A stretch of 64,000 bases of DNA from an uncultured Actinomycetota bacterium. GTDB lineage: Bacteria > Actinomycetota > Actinomycetes > JACCUZ01. The notes below the pieces were generated by a model. That model saw nothing but the letters and a program-made list of their open reading frames with translations. It made no database searches and was not told the origin of the DNA. Location: contig CAVSKC010000014.1 of assembly GCA_963728425.1 (NCBI GenBank), positions 167,389 to 231,388 on the forward strand, given 5' to 3'. Shown here piece after piece: positions 51,247-60,741 of this stretch; position 1 is the stretch's first letter, and each line of letters begins with the position of its first letter. The translations under genes and the position numbers were made by a program.

Positions 51247-52829
51247 CGGCCAGCTACCCACCGCTGCGCGACCTGCCGCCGGAGGAGCCGCCGCTGGTCC
51301 GGACCACCCCGCTGCCCAACCCGCTGCGCGACGCCCGCGACCGCCGGCTTCCGCGGGTGCCAGGGCCGTGCGCGCTGGTCGTGTTCGGGGTGACCGGCGA
51401 CCTGGCCCGCAAGAAGCTGATCCCCGCCGTCTACGACCTGGCCAACCGCGGCCTGCTGCCACCCGGGTTCGCGATGGTCGGCTTCGCCCGTCGCGACTGG
51501 GGGGACGGCGACTTCGCCGAGCTGGCCCGCAAGGCCGCGCAGGACGGTTCCCGCACCGGCTTCCGGGACGACGTCTGGGCCCGGCTGTCCGACACCATCC
51601 GGTTCGTGCCCGGCTCGTTCGACGACGACCAGGCCTTCGACACGCTGGCCCAGACGCTGATCAGCATGGAGGAGACGCACGGCATCCAGGGCAACGCGGC
51701 GTTCTACCTCTCGATCCCGCCGGCGATGTTCCCGGTCGTGCTCAAGCAGATGCAGCGCACCCGGATGGCCGACAACTCCCAGCGCGGTGGCTGGCGGCGC
51801 GTCGTTGTCGAGAAGCCGTTCGGCCACGACCTGCAGAGCGGCATGGACCTCAACCGGCTGGTGGACGAGGTCTTCACCGCCAAGGACGTCTTCCGGATCG
51901 ACCACTACCTGGGCAAGGAGACCGTCCAGAACCTGCTGGCGATGCGGTTCGCCAACACGCTGTTCGAGCCGGTGTGGAACGGCAACTTCGTCGACTCGGT
52001 GCAGATCACGATGGCCGAGGACGTCGGCATCGGCAGCCGGGCCGGCTTCTACGACACCGCGGGTGCCGCCCGCGACGTGCTGCAGAACCACGTGCTGCAG
52101 CTGCTCGCGCTGACCGCGATGGAGGAGCCGGTCGCGTTCGACGCGGAGGCGATCAGGACCGAGAAGACCAAGGTGCTGGGCGCGATCGAGCTGCCTGCCG
52201 AGCTGGAGCGCTACGCCGTGCGCGGGCAGTACGACCAGGGCTGGCTGGGCGGCCAGCGGGTGGTGGCCTACGTCGACGAGGAGAACGTCCCGAAGACCTC
52301 GACCACCGAGACGTATGCGGCCGTCCGGCTCAACGTCGAGACCCGCCGCTGGGCCGGCGTGCCGTTCTACCTGCGCACCGGCAAGCGGCTCCCCCGCCGT
52401 GTCACCGAGATCGCGGTCGTGTTCAAGAAGGCGCCGCACCTGCCGTTCGCCAAGACCGACACCGAGGAGCTCGGCCACAACCAGCTGGTGGTGCGGGTCC
52501 AGCCGGACGAGGGCATCACGCTGCGGTTCGGCTCGAAGGTGCCGGGCTCGTCGATGGAGGTCCGCGACGTCTCGATGGACTTCCTGTACGGCGAGGCGTT
52601 CACCGAGTCGTCGCCGGAGGCCTACGAGCGGCTGCTCCTCGACGTGCTCATCGGTGACGCCACCCTCTTCCCGCGCAACGAGGAGGTCGAGCTGTCCTGG
52701 AAGGTGATCGACCCGCTGGAGGCGTTCTGGGCCGGCAGCAAGCCCGCGCGCTACCGGGCCGGTGAGTGGGGACCCCGGGAGGCCGACGAGATGCTGGCCC
52801 GCGACGGCCGGGTCTGGAGGCGGCCATGA
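51243..52829 (+). CDS. zwf: glucose-6-phosphate 1-dehydrogenase
   Basis: 528-aa ORF (ATGA overlap with pgi) with VVFGVTGDLARKKL, the active-site RIDHYLGKE and QNH..Q. Confidence 0.95.
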   Translation: MTASYPPLRDLPPEEPPLVRTTPLPNPLRDARDRRLPRVPGPCALVVFGVTGDLARKKLIPAVYDLANRGLLPPGFAMVGFARRDWGDGDFAELARKAAQDGSRTGFRDDVWARLSDTIRFVPGSFDDDQAFDTLAQTLISMEETHGIQGNAAFYLSIPPAMFPVVLKQMQRTRMADNSQRGGWRRVVVEKPFGHDLQSGMDLNRLVDEVFTAKDVFRIDHYLGKETVQNLLAMRFANTLFEPVWNGNFVDSVQITMAEDVGIGSRAGFYDTAGAARDVLQNHVLQLLALTAMEEPVAFDAEAIRTEKTKVLGAIELPAELERYAVRGQYDQGWLGGQRVVAYVDEENVPKTSTTETYAAVRLNVETRRWAGVPFYLRTGKRLPRRVTEIAVVFKKAPHLPFAKTDTEELGHNQLVVRVQPDEGITLRFGSKVPGSSMEVRDVSMDFLYGEAFTESSPEAYERLLLDVLIGDATLFPRNEEVELSWKVIDPLEAFWAGSKPARYRAGEWGPREADEMLARDGRVWRRP

Positions 52830-53962
52830 CCACCATCCTGTGGGACACCAACGGCGCCGAGATCGTCAAGACGCTCGCCGCGGAGCGTCGGGCAGCCGGC
52901 GCCCTGGCGTCCGGCCTGGCGCTGACCCTGGTCGTCGTGACCGAGGAGGAGTTCGCCGAGGAGGCGCAGCGCGCGGCGACAACGGCCGCGTCCGCGCACC
53001 CCTGCCGGCTGCTCGTCGTCGTGCGCCGCCGGGTTGAGGCCGACGACCGGCTGGACGCCGAGGTCCAGGTCGGTGGCCGGCTCGGGGCGAACGAAGCCGT
53101 GATGATGCGGATGTACGGCCGGCTGGCGCTGCACGCCGAGTCGGTGGTGCTGCCGCTGCTCGCCTCGGACGCGCCCGTCGTCACCTGGTGGCACGGGCCG
53201 ACGCCGGACAAGCTCGCCTACGACGCGCTCGGTGTGCTCGCGTCCCGCCGGGTCACCGACGCCACCACGGAGGGCGAGGACGCCATGGTCGCGCTCAAGC
53301 GGCGGGCCAAGGACTATGCACCCGGGGACACCGACCTGGCGTGGACCCGGACCACGCCCTGGCGGGCGCTGCTTGCCTCGGCGTTCGACGACATGGGTGA
53401 AGAGATCACGTCCGGGGAGGTGCACTCGGAGCACGGGAACCCCAGTGCCGCGCTGCTCGCCGGCTGGCTGACCTCGCGGCTCGGCGTGCGGGTCAAGCGG
53501 GTCGACTCGGCCGGACCGGGCATCACGGCGGTGGAGCTGCGCTTCACCGGCAAGAGCCGGCTGCGCATCGACCGGCCGGACGGGTACCTGGCCACGCTCT
53601 CCCGCACCGGCATCTCGGACCGACAGCTGCCGTTGAAGCGGCGCGAGCTCGGCGAGCTGCTCGCCGAGGAGCTGCGCCGGCTGGATGCCGACCAGCCGTA
53701 CTCGGACTCGCTCTCGGCCGTGACCGGCGAGAAGGGCCTCGAAGCACGGCCGCCGATGCGGACCCTGGTCTGGCGGGACCCGGCCCGTCGGGCCGCTGCC
53801 AGCAAGCCGGCCAAGCCGGCCAAGAAGCCGGCATCCAAGGCAACGACGAAGGCGGCGCCGAGGTCCGTGGCCAAGTCCGCCACCAAGGCCGCCACGACGA
53901 AGACCGGGTCCAAGGTCCCAGCCCGCAAGGCCGCGACCGGGAAGAAGAAGCCGGCCCCATGA
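52826..53962 (+). CDS. opcA: OpcA (glucose-6-phosphate dehydrogenase assembly protein) with a basic Ala/Lys/Pro-rich C-terminal tail
   Basis: The internal ATG (MTTILWDT) of ORF 52766..53962 overlaps the zwf stop (ATGA). The OpcA-typical PCRLLVVV, APVVTWWHG and DLAWTRTTPWR are present. The last ~55 aa are SKPAKPAKKPASKATTKAAP..GKKKPAP. Confidence 0.9.
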   Translation: MTTILWDTNGAEIVKTLAAERRAAGALASGLALTLVVVTEEEFAEEAQRAATTAASAHPCRLLVVVRRRVEADDRLDAEVQVGGRLGANEAVMMRMYGRLALHAESVVLPLLASDAPVVTWWHGPTPDKLAYDALGVLASRRVTDATTEGEDAMVALKRRAKDYAPGDTDLAWTRTTPWRALLASAFDDMGEEITSGEVHSEHGNPSAALLAGWLTSRLGVRVKRVDSAGPGITAVELRFTGKSRLRIDRPDGYLATLSRTGISDRQLPLKRRELGELLAEELRRLDADQPYSDSLSAVTGEKGLEARPPMRTLVWRDPARRAAASKPAKPAKKPASKATTKAAPRSVAKSATKAATTKTGSKVPARKAATGKKKPAP

Positions 53963-54738
53963 GCCCCCCCACCGTCCTCGTGCACCGCGACCCGGCGGAG
54001 CTCTCGGCCGCGGTCGCCGCCCGGCTGATCACCCGGCTGGCCGACGTGCAGTCCGCCCGGGGTGCGGCCTCGCTGGTCATGACCGGCGGGTCGATCGCCC
54101 GCTCGACCCTGGAGGCGGTGGCCAAGTCGCCGGCTCGCGGCGCGGTCGACTGGAAGCGGCTGGACGTCTGGTGGGGCGACGAGCGGTTCCTGCCCGCCGG
54201 GGACGAGGAGCGGAACGAGACCCTGGCCCGCGAGGCGTTGCTCGACGCGGTACCCGTGGACCCGGCCCGGGTGCACCCGATGCCGGCCAGCGACGGCCCG
54301 GACGGTGACGACCCGGAGGCCGCGGCTGCGCGGTACGCCGCCGAGCTGGCCGGGGCCGCGCGGCCGGAGGACCACGGCCCGGCACCGGCCTTCGACGTCT
54401 GCCTGCTCGGCGTCGGCCCGGACGGGCACATCGCCTCGCTGTTCCCCGAGCACCCGGCCCTGTACGACGATGCGCCGGTGCTCGCGGTGCGCAACTCGCC
54501 CAAGCCGCCGCCCACCCGGATCTCGCTGGGCTTCGCGGTGATCCAGGGCTCCCGCGAGGTGTGGGCGGTCGTGGCCGGTGAGGACAAGGCCAAGGCGGTC
54601 GCCCTCGCGCTCTCCGACGCCGGCCGGCACCAGGTGCCCGCCGCGGCGGCCCAGGGCCGGGACCGGACGCTCTGGCTGCTCGACAAGGCAGCGGCCGGCC
54701 GGCTGCCCGCCCAGCTCGGTCGGATCGCCTCGCCCTAG
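53959..54738 (+). CDS. pgl: 6-phosphogluconolactonase
   Basis: 259-aa ORF (ATGA overlap with opcA) with LVMTGGS, WWGDERF and LLGVGPDGHIASLFP. Confidence 0.9.
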   Translation: MSPPTVLVHRDPAELSAAVAARLITRLADVQSARGAASLVMTGGSIARSTLEAVAKSPARGAVDWKRLDVWWGDERFLPAGDEERNETLAREALLDAVPVDPARVHPMPASDGPDGDDPEAAAARYAAELAGAARPEDHGPAPAFDVCLLGVGPDGHIASLFPEHPALYDDAPVLAVRNSPKPPPTRISLGFAVIQGSREVWAVVAGEDKAKAVALALSDAGRHQVPAAAAQGRDRTLWLLDKAAAGRLPAQLGRIASP

Positions 54739-54774
54739 GTGTACTGACCCAGGCGATCGGCGCCCGCAGCTGAG

Positions 54775-55238
54775 TCAGCCGCCGGTCGAGGTCGAGGACG
54801 ATGTCGGGTGCGGGCAGGTGTGAGCCGCGCGCGACACCGCCCAGCCGTGGTTCTGGTGCGGCCCGCCCACCTTGCTGGAGTCCCGCGCGACCTTCGAGAC
54901 GCAGGCGCCGTGCTCGCCGCCCGGGGTGCCCTCGCCCGCGGTCCCGGCCTCGTCCGGCTTCCCCTTCTCGGCTTGCCGGTCTTCTCCGGCTTGCCGGTCT
55001 TCTCGGGCTTAGCCGTCTTCTCAGGCTTCGCGCTCTCGGTGGCCTCGTCGGTGGCCCCTTGGTCCCCGGTCACCACGGTCACCAGCCGGGTGGGTCCGGG
55101 TGCGCCGACGGCGGTCGCGACGACGAACCCGGCGACCAGTGCCACCGCGATCAGGGCGGCCAGCCTGGCCCCTCGCGTGGTGCGGTCGAGCAGCTGCGCC
55201 AGCATGTCGCCTCCCAGGGGGACCGTCACCGTGTTCAT
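54775..55238 (-). pseudogene. membrane-anchored hypothetical protein with (A/G)KPEKT tandem repeats; one frame break inside the repeat
   Basis: The N-terminal anchor ARLAALIAVALVAGFVVATAV and the repeats are in ORF 54735..55922. After the break (~54970) the plausible C-terminus KGKPDEAGTAGEGTPGGEHGACVSKVARDSSKVGGPHQNHGWAVSRAAHTCPHP plus stop (54775) lies in another frame. Confidence 0.55.
54964..55035. repeat. coding tandem repeat, 18-nt period (about 4 copies, encodes (A/G)KPEKT)
   Basis: Read directly: the CTTCTC motif recurs at spacings of 17, 18 and 18 nt. The 17-nt copy lacks one C relative to its neighbours, and this is exactly where the reading frame breaks. Confidence 0.75.
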
Positions 55239-55316
55239 CGGGCACCGGCCCGCCGCCGTTACCCCAGCCGGCCCGACCTTGGCGGGTCGCGCCCGGATGG
55301 GACACCATGGCTCGCC

Positions 55317-55799
55317 ATGACCCCACCCCGACAAGCGGACGACGTCCTCGTGACGCGCGCCATCGGGGCACCCGCCGAGGTCGTCTACGCGCTGGTCAGT
55401 GACGTGACCCGGATGGGCGAGTGGAGTCCCGAGACCGCGTCCTGCCGCTGGGTCGACGGCGCCCGGTCGGCCGAGGTCGGCGCCCGGTTCCGCGGCAGCA
55501 ACCGCCGGGGGCCGCTGCTGTGGACCACGACCTGCACGGTCACGGCTGCCGAGCCTGGCCGCCGGTTCGCGTTCACCGTGACCTGGACCGGGGTGCCGAT
55601 CTCGGACTGGGCCTACGACCTCGCACCGGCCGCCGGGGGCTGCACCGTCACCGAGTCGTGGACCGACCGCCGGCCCGGTCTCATGCGTGTCGCGTCGGTG
55701 CCGGTCATGGGCGTCGCCGACCGGGCCGGGCACAACCGGCGCGGCATGGAGGTCACCCTCACCGCGCTGGCGCTGGCCGCCGAGGCAACCGGACGCTAG
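55317..55799 (+). CDS. SRPBCC (START/polyketide cyclase-like) family protein
   Basis: 160 aa from the internal ATG of ORF 54801..55799. The pattern VTRAIGAPAEVVYALVSDVTRMGEWSPE .. FAFTV .. WAYDL .. TESW is typical of the SRPBCC fold. Confidence 0.7.
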   Translation: MTPPRQADDVLVTRAIGAPAEVVYALVSDVTRMGEWSPETASCRWVDGARSAEVGARFRGSNRRGPLLWTTTCTVTAAEPGRRFAFTVTWTGVPISDWAYDLAPAAGGCTVTESWTDRRPGLMRVASVPVMGVADRAGHNRRGMEVTLTALALAAEATGR

Positions 55800-55881
55800 G
55801 TCGGGCCCGCCGGACGCAACCGAATGGCGCCGGGGCGCGTCCAACCTCCACGTTCGCCCCGCCGGGCACCAGGAGGCCGCC

Positions 55882-57865
55882 ATGCACCGTCGTACCGCTC
55901 TGATCGGGGCGTTGGCCGCCACCGTGGCGGCGCTCGGCGCGGTCCAGCTCGCCCCGGGCGCGGCGCCGACCGCACGGGCCGCCGGGTTGACGAGCTACTC
56001 CGGCTGCGACGAGCTGCTGGCCGCGTACCGGGCCGAGCTCGAGCGGTCGGTGACGACCGGCGTCCTCGGCTGGCCCGAGCGGATGGTCTTCTCGGCCACC
56101 GCCGAGGTACCTGCCGCCGACGGACTGGCAGGCCGCGACTCGGCGGCGACCGGGGCGGTGGGCAGCGGGCCGACCGGGACCAACCTGCAGGAGCAGGGTG
56201 TCGACGAGCCGGACCTGGCCAAGCTGCGGGACGGGCGGCTGGTCGTGCTCACCGGGAGCCGGCTGAAGGTCGTCTCCGCCGAGGCCCAACCCCGGCTGCT
56301 CGGCTCGCTGACGATGCCCGGTGACCAGGCCTACGGCGGCGAGCTGCTGCTCGTCGGCGACCGCGCTGTCGTCGTCGTCCCCGGCTGGCGGCAGGACCCG
56401 CAGGCGGGCTCGAGCGGCGGCGGCGAGCGGCGGATGCTGATGCCGATCCGTCCGGGCGTCCCGACGACCGAGGTCGTGCTGGTCGACCTGACCGGGGACC
56501 AGCCCCGGTTGCTCGAGCGGTCGACGCTACGACGGTCAGTACGTGAGCGCCCGGCTCGTCGGGGGCACCTTGCGCCTGGTCACCACCACCCGGCCGCAGC
56601 CAGTGGTCGTCTATCCCACCGAGCCGGGCCCGGTGGCCGAGCGCCTGGCGCGCACGGCCAACGAGCAGGCGGCCGCCAGCGTCGGCCTGCTCGACGTGCT
56701 GCCCCAGGTGGTGCGGCGGGACGCGGACGGCACGGTCCTCGAGCACGGCGCCGCGGTGGCCTGCGACCAGACCTTCCACGCGCCCTACGCATCGGGCGCC
56801 AGCACCCTGCTCGTCACCACGATCCGGCCGGGCGACGGGCTGGCGGCCACCGACCGGACCGCGGTCACCACCGACGGCGACCTCGTCTACGCGGCCGAGG
56901 ACCGGCTCTACGTCGCGACCAGCCGGTGGGGCACCGTCGCCCCGATGGTCGCTGTCGACGACACGCGCGGTGCGATGGACCGGTCGCTGCCGACAGAGGT
57001 ACGGACCCAGGTGCACGCCTTCGACACGACCTCGGACACCGAGACCGAGTACGTCGGCAGCGGCTCGGTGCCGGGATACGTGCTGGGCCGGTGGGCGCTG
57101 TCGCGCTATGACGGCGACCTGCGGGTGGCCACCACCCGGCAGCCGCCGTGGGACACCGCCGGCCCCGACCTCTCGCTCGGGACCCCGGCCGAGACCTCCT
57201 CGATGGTGGTCAAGCTGGCCGAACGTGACGGCGCGCTGGTCGAGACTGGACGGGTCGCCGGCCTGGGCAAGGGCGAGCAGATCCAGGCGGTGCGCTACTT
57301 CGGCGACATCGCGGCGGTCGTGACCTTCCGCCAGACCGACCCGCTCTATCTGCTGGACCTGTCCGACGACCCGCAGGTCCTCGGGGAGCTGAAGGTTCCC
57401 GGCTTCTCGACCTACCTGCACCCCCTCGGCGACGGACTGCTGCTGGGCCTCGGCCAGGACGCCACCAGCACCGGCCAGGTCACGGGCATGCAGGTCTCTG
57501 TCTTCGACATCTCCGACCTGTCCCACCCGGTGCTCCGGGACCGGTTGCGGCTCGGGGAGGGCTGGTCTACCGCGTCCGACGACTCGCGCGCCTTCGGCTA
57601 CGACCCGGGCCGGCGGCTCGCGACCTTCCCGTTCACGTCGTACGACCCGAGCGGCGGGGGCCGGGAGCGCCCCGGCGCGGTCGGTGTCTCGGTGGCCGAG
57701 GACGGCACGCTGAGCCTGGCCGGCCGGCTGGACACGGCCGACGGCAGCTGGCCGCAGCGCGTGCTCAGCGACGGCGAACGGGTCTACGCGGTCAGCGACA
57801 ACACCGTGGTCGCCGGCGACGCGAGCACGATGGCCCGCACCGGCGAGCTCACCCTGGGCGGCTGA
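55882..57865 (+). pseudogene. secreted beta-propeller-domain protein; one frame break
   Basis: The signal peptide MHRRTALIGALAATVAALGAVQLAPGAAPTARA and N-terminal third are in ORF 55687..57111. The rest is in ORF 56543..57865, with the family hallmark VRYFGDIAAVVTFRQTDPLYLLDLSDDPQVLGELKVPGFSTYLHPLGDG. The frame switches near ~56528. Confidence 0.7.
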
Positions 57866-57891
57866 GCGGACGGCTGCGGTACCGTCACGGC

Positions 57892-59491
57892 GTGCCAGGC
57901 GAGACCTCGCCGGGCCCGGATCAGGTCCGCGCCGCCGAGCTGATCGCAGCACTCTGCCTCGCGACGGACCTCGGCACCGGCCTTCCCTTCGAGCACGGTC
58001 TGCACAGCACCCTGGTCGCGATGCGACTCGCCGAGCGTCTGGGCGTCGATGCGGAGACCTCGTCCCAGACCTACTACGCGTGTCTGCTCTTCTACGTCGG
58101 TTGCACCGCTGACGCCGAGGTCGTCGCCGACCTGTTCGACGAGGGTGCCTTGGCCACGCACTTCGCGCCGGTCATGTTCGGCGGACGGGTCGAGACAATC
58201 ACCGGCATCCTGCGGGCGCTCGCTCCTCGTGACGCCTCCCCGCCAGTCCGCGCCCTCCAGGCTGCCGGTCGGCTCCCGGGGGCAGTGCGCGGTCATCGGC
58301 GTCACATCACCGCGCTCTGCGAGGTCGCGGAGATGCTCACCGACCGTCTGGGCCTGCCGGCCTCGGTCCGGGGACTGTTCGTCCACCTGACCGAGCGCTG
58401 GGACGGGAAGGGCGAGCCGGCGGGCCTCAGGGGCGAGGCCGTGCCGCTCCCGCTACGCATCGTTCACGTCGCACGCGACGCGGCGTTCCAACACCTGCTC
58501 GGCGGCGCGGACCACGCCGCGCAGATCGTCCTGGCCCGGGCCGGGAAGGCGTTCGACCCGGAGGTCGCGACCCGGCTGGCCGACGACGCCGCCGAGATAC
58601 TCGAGCTGGATGACGAGTCAACAGCGTGGTCGGAGACGATCGCCCGCGAACCGGACCCGAGACTGATCCTCGAGGGATCCGCCGTCGATCGGGCGCTGGC
58701 GGCGATGGGTGACTTCGCCGACCTCGTGTCCCCCTACCTGGTGGGCCACTCCTCGGGGGTGGCGGAGCTGGCGGAGCAGGCCGGCCGGCGGTGCGGCTTC
58801 GGCGCCGCGGAGCTCACGACACTGCGACGGAGTGCCTTCGTCCACGACGTCGGGCGGGTCGCCGTCCCCACCCGCATCTGGCAGAAGCCGGCCGGGCTGA
58901 CGCCGGACGAGTGGGAGCGGGTCCGGCTGCACGCCTACCACTCCGAACGAGTCCTCGCGCCGGGACACGACCTGGCGGCCCTGGCGCCGGTCGCCAGCGC
59001 GCATCACGAGCGGCTCGACGGCTCGGGCTACCACCGCGGAGCAGCCGGCGCGGCACTCACGCCGACGGCGCGACTGCTGGCTGCGGCGGACGCCTACCAC
59101 GCGATGACCGAACCCCGCCCGCACCGTGGGCCGATGCCTGCGTCGGCGGCAGCCGAGGCTCTCGGCCGGGAAGCCGACATCGGCCGGCTCGACACCGACG
59201 CCGTCGCTGCCGTGCTGGCGGCAGCCGGCCAGCGGGTCCCGCGCTTCGCCCGGCCTGCGGGGCTGACCGAGCGCGAGGCGGAGGTCGTCGGCCTGCTGGC
59301 GACGAGGTCTGCAGACCAAGCAGATCGCGCGTGCCCTCGGGATCTCGGCAAAGACCGCTGACCGGCATGTCCAGAACGCCTACGGCAAGATCGGCGTGTC
59401 CACCCGGGCGGCCGCGGCACTGTTCGCCATGCAGCACGGCCTCACCGACTGGGGAGAACTCCCGATGGCCCGTTCCCGAGGGCACTCCTAG
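57892..59491 (+). pseudogene. tandem HD-GYP-like domains fused to a LuxR-type HTH; one frame break before the HTH
   Basis: ORF 57892..59361 has a degenerate first motif (LTERWDGKGEP) and a canonical second motif (HAYHSERVL .. SAHHERLDGSGYHRG). The LuxR HTH (GLQTKQIARALGISAKTADRHVQNAYGKIGV) is in another frame ending with TAG at 59489..59491. The frame switches near ~59303. Confidence 0.75.
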
Positions 59492-59545
59492 CGTCCAGAC
59501 AGAGCCCCGGGATCTCGCGTCGGGGCGGACGAGCGGGAGGCCGTC

Positions 59546-60239
59546 ATGAGGGGTGCACACGCCGTACGGGAGCAGATAGGACCGCAGGTCGCCGACCGCC
59601 CGGAGGCTCGGGCTCGCCAGGACTGGAGCGCCTGGGCCGGTGTCGTCGGGCCGGTCCTGTTCACCGCGCACGTACATGGTCCAAGAGGTTCTCCGCCGGG
59701 ACGAGTACAGCCCCATGGCAGAGCCGGTCAGTGCGCTGGAGGCCGGGCCCAACGGTTGGGTCCAGCAGGCGAACTTCGTGGTGTTCGGACTGCTCACGCT
59801 CGCCTTCGCCGTGGGTCTCCATCGCGGGATCCGGCCGAGCCGGAAGGGCCTCGTCGGGCCGGCGTTGCTCTTCGTCAGCGGGATCGGTCTGCTGCTCGCG
59901 GCGGCATTGCCCCTGAGGGAGGACGCCGCCGGCGTCACGTATGACCCCGGCGGGCACTTCGTCGCGGGCGTCGTGTTCTTCCTCAGCAGCGCGGTCGGGC
60001 TGGTCGCGGTGTCCCGGCGGCTGACCGGCGACCCGCGCTGGCGGGGCATCGCCACCTACACGCTCGGGTGCGGGCTGCTGGCGCTCGCGGGATTCGTCCT
60101 CCTGGGCGTACTCGCGATGCCGGATGACGCGCCGCTGCACGAGTGGGCTGGACTGGCCCAGCGGATCGTCATCCTCGGCCGTCCTCTTCCCGGCCCGGAT
60201 CGTGCTCTCGGTCAGACTGCTGCGGCTCGCCCGCTCGTG
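59546..60239 (+). pseudogene. DUF998-like integral membrane protein; two frame breaks
   Basis: The N-terminal part is in ORF 59546..59944 (WAGVVGPVLFTA) and the body in ORF 59640..60695 (EYSPMAEPVSALEAGPNGWVQQANFVVFGLLTLAF plus further helices). The natural C-terminus VLFPARIVLSVRLLRLARS plus TGA (~60237) lies in a third frame. Frame switches lie near ~59668 and ~60178. Confidence 0.55.
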
Positions 60240-60269
60240 ACGGAGCCGTTGTTGCGGGAGACTGTCGCC

Positions 60270-60695
60270 ATGGTCGAATCGCCGGACGTGGTCCCGATGA
60301 TCGCCTACCAGGACGGCCCGGCAGCAATGGACTGGCTGGCGGCAGCGTTCGGGTTCCGCGAGCAGACCCGCTGGGTGGACGACGACGGCGTCCTCAGCCA
60401 CGGCGAGATGGTGGCCGGTCGGGGGCTGGTCATGCTGGCCACGCCCACCCCGGACTACGAAGGACCGGCCCAGCACCGGGCGCACTGCGACCGGGCCGCC
60501 GCCTGGTCGAACGCACCGTGGGTCATCGACGGTGTCCTCGTGCACGTCGACGACGTCGCGGCCCACTTGGCCCGCGCCCGGGCAGCAGGTGCCACGCTGC
60601 TGTCCGACATCGAGGCCGGCCCCGGAGGCAGCTCGCTCTACCGGGTCGAGGACCTCGAGGGGCACCGCTGGATGTTCATGCAGCGGGCCGGCTGA
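60270..60695 (+). CDS. VOC (glyoxalase/bleomycin-resistance) family protein
   Basis: The internal ATG of ORF 59640..60695 is preceded by GGGAGAC. The 141-aa protein has PMIAYQDGPAAMDWLAAAFGF .. HGEM .. YRVEDLEGHRWMF. Confidence 0.7.
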   Translation: MVESPDVVPMIAYQDGPAAMDWLAAAFGFREQTRWVDDDGVLSHGEMVAGRGLVMLATPTPDYEGPAQHRAHCDRAAAWSNAPWVIDGVLVHVDDVAAHLARARAAGATLLSDIEAGPGGSSLYRVEDLEGHRWMFMQRAG

Positions 60696-60741
60696 CCGAC
60701 AGCCGGGAAGGAAATACGGATTCACCGGTCTTCCGCCGGTC

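Noticed and set aside
54964-55035. Regularly spaced repeats considered as a possible CRISPR-like array; likewise the repeats at 42563..42592 and 53795..53960.
   Set aside because: They are in-frame coding tandem or low-complexity repeats (KPEKT, Gly/Ser/Asp tail, AKP tail). They have no unique spacers and there are no cas genes.
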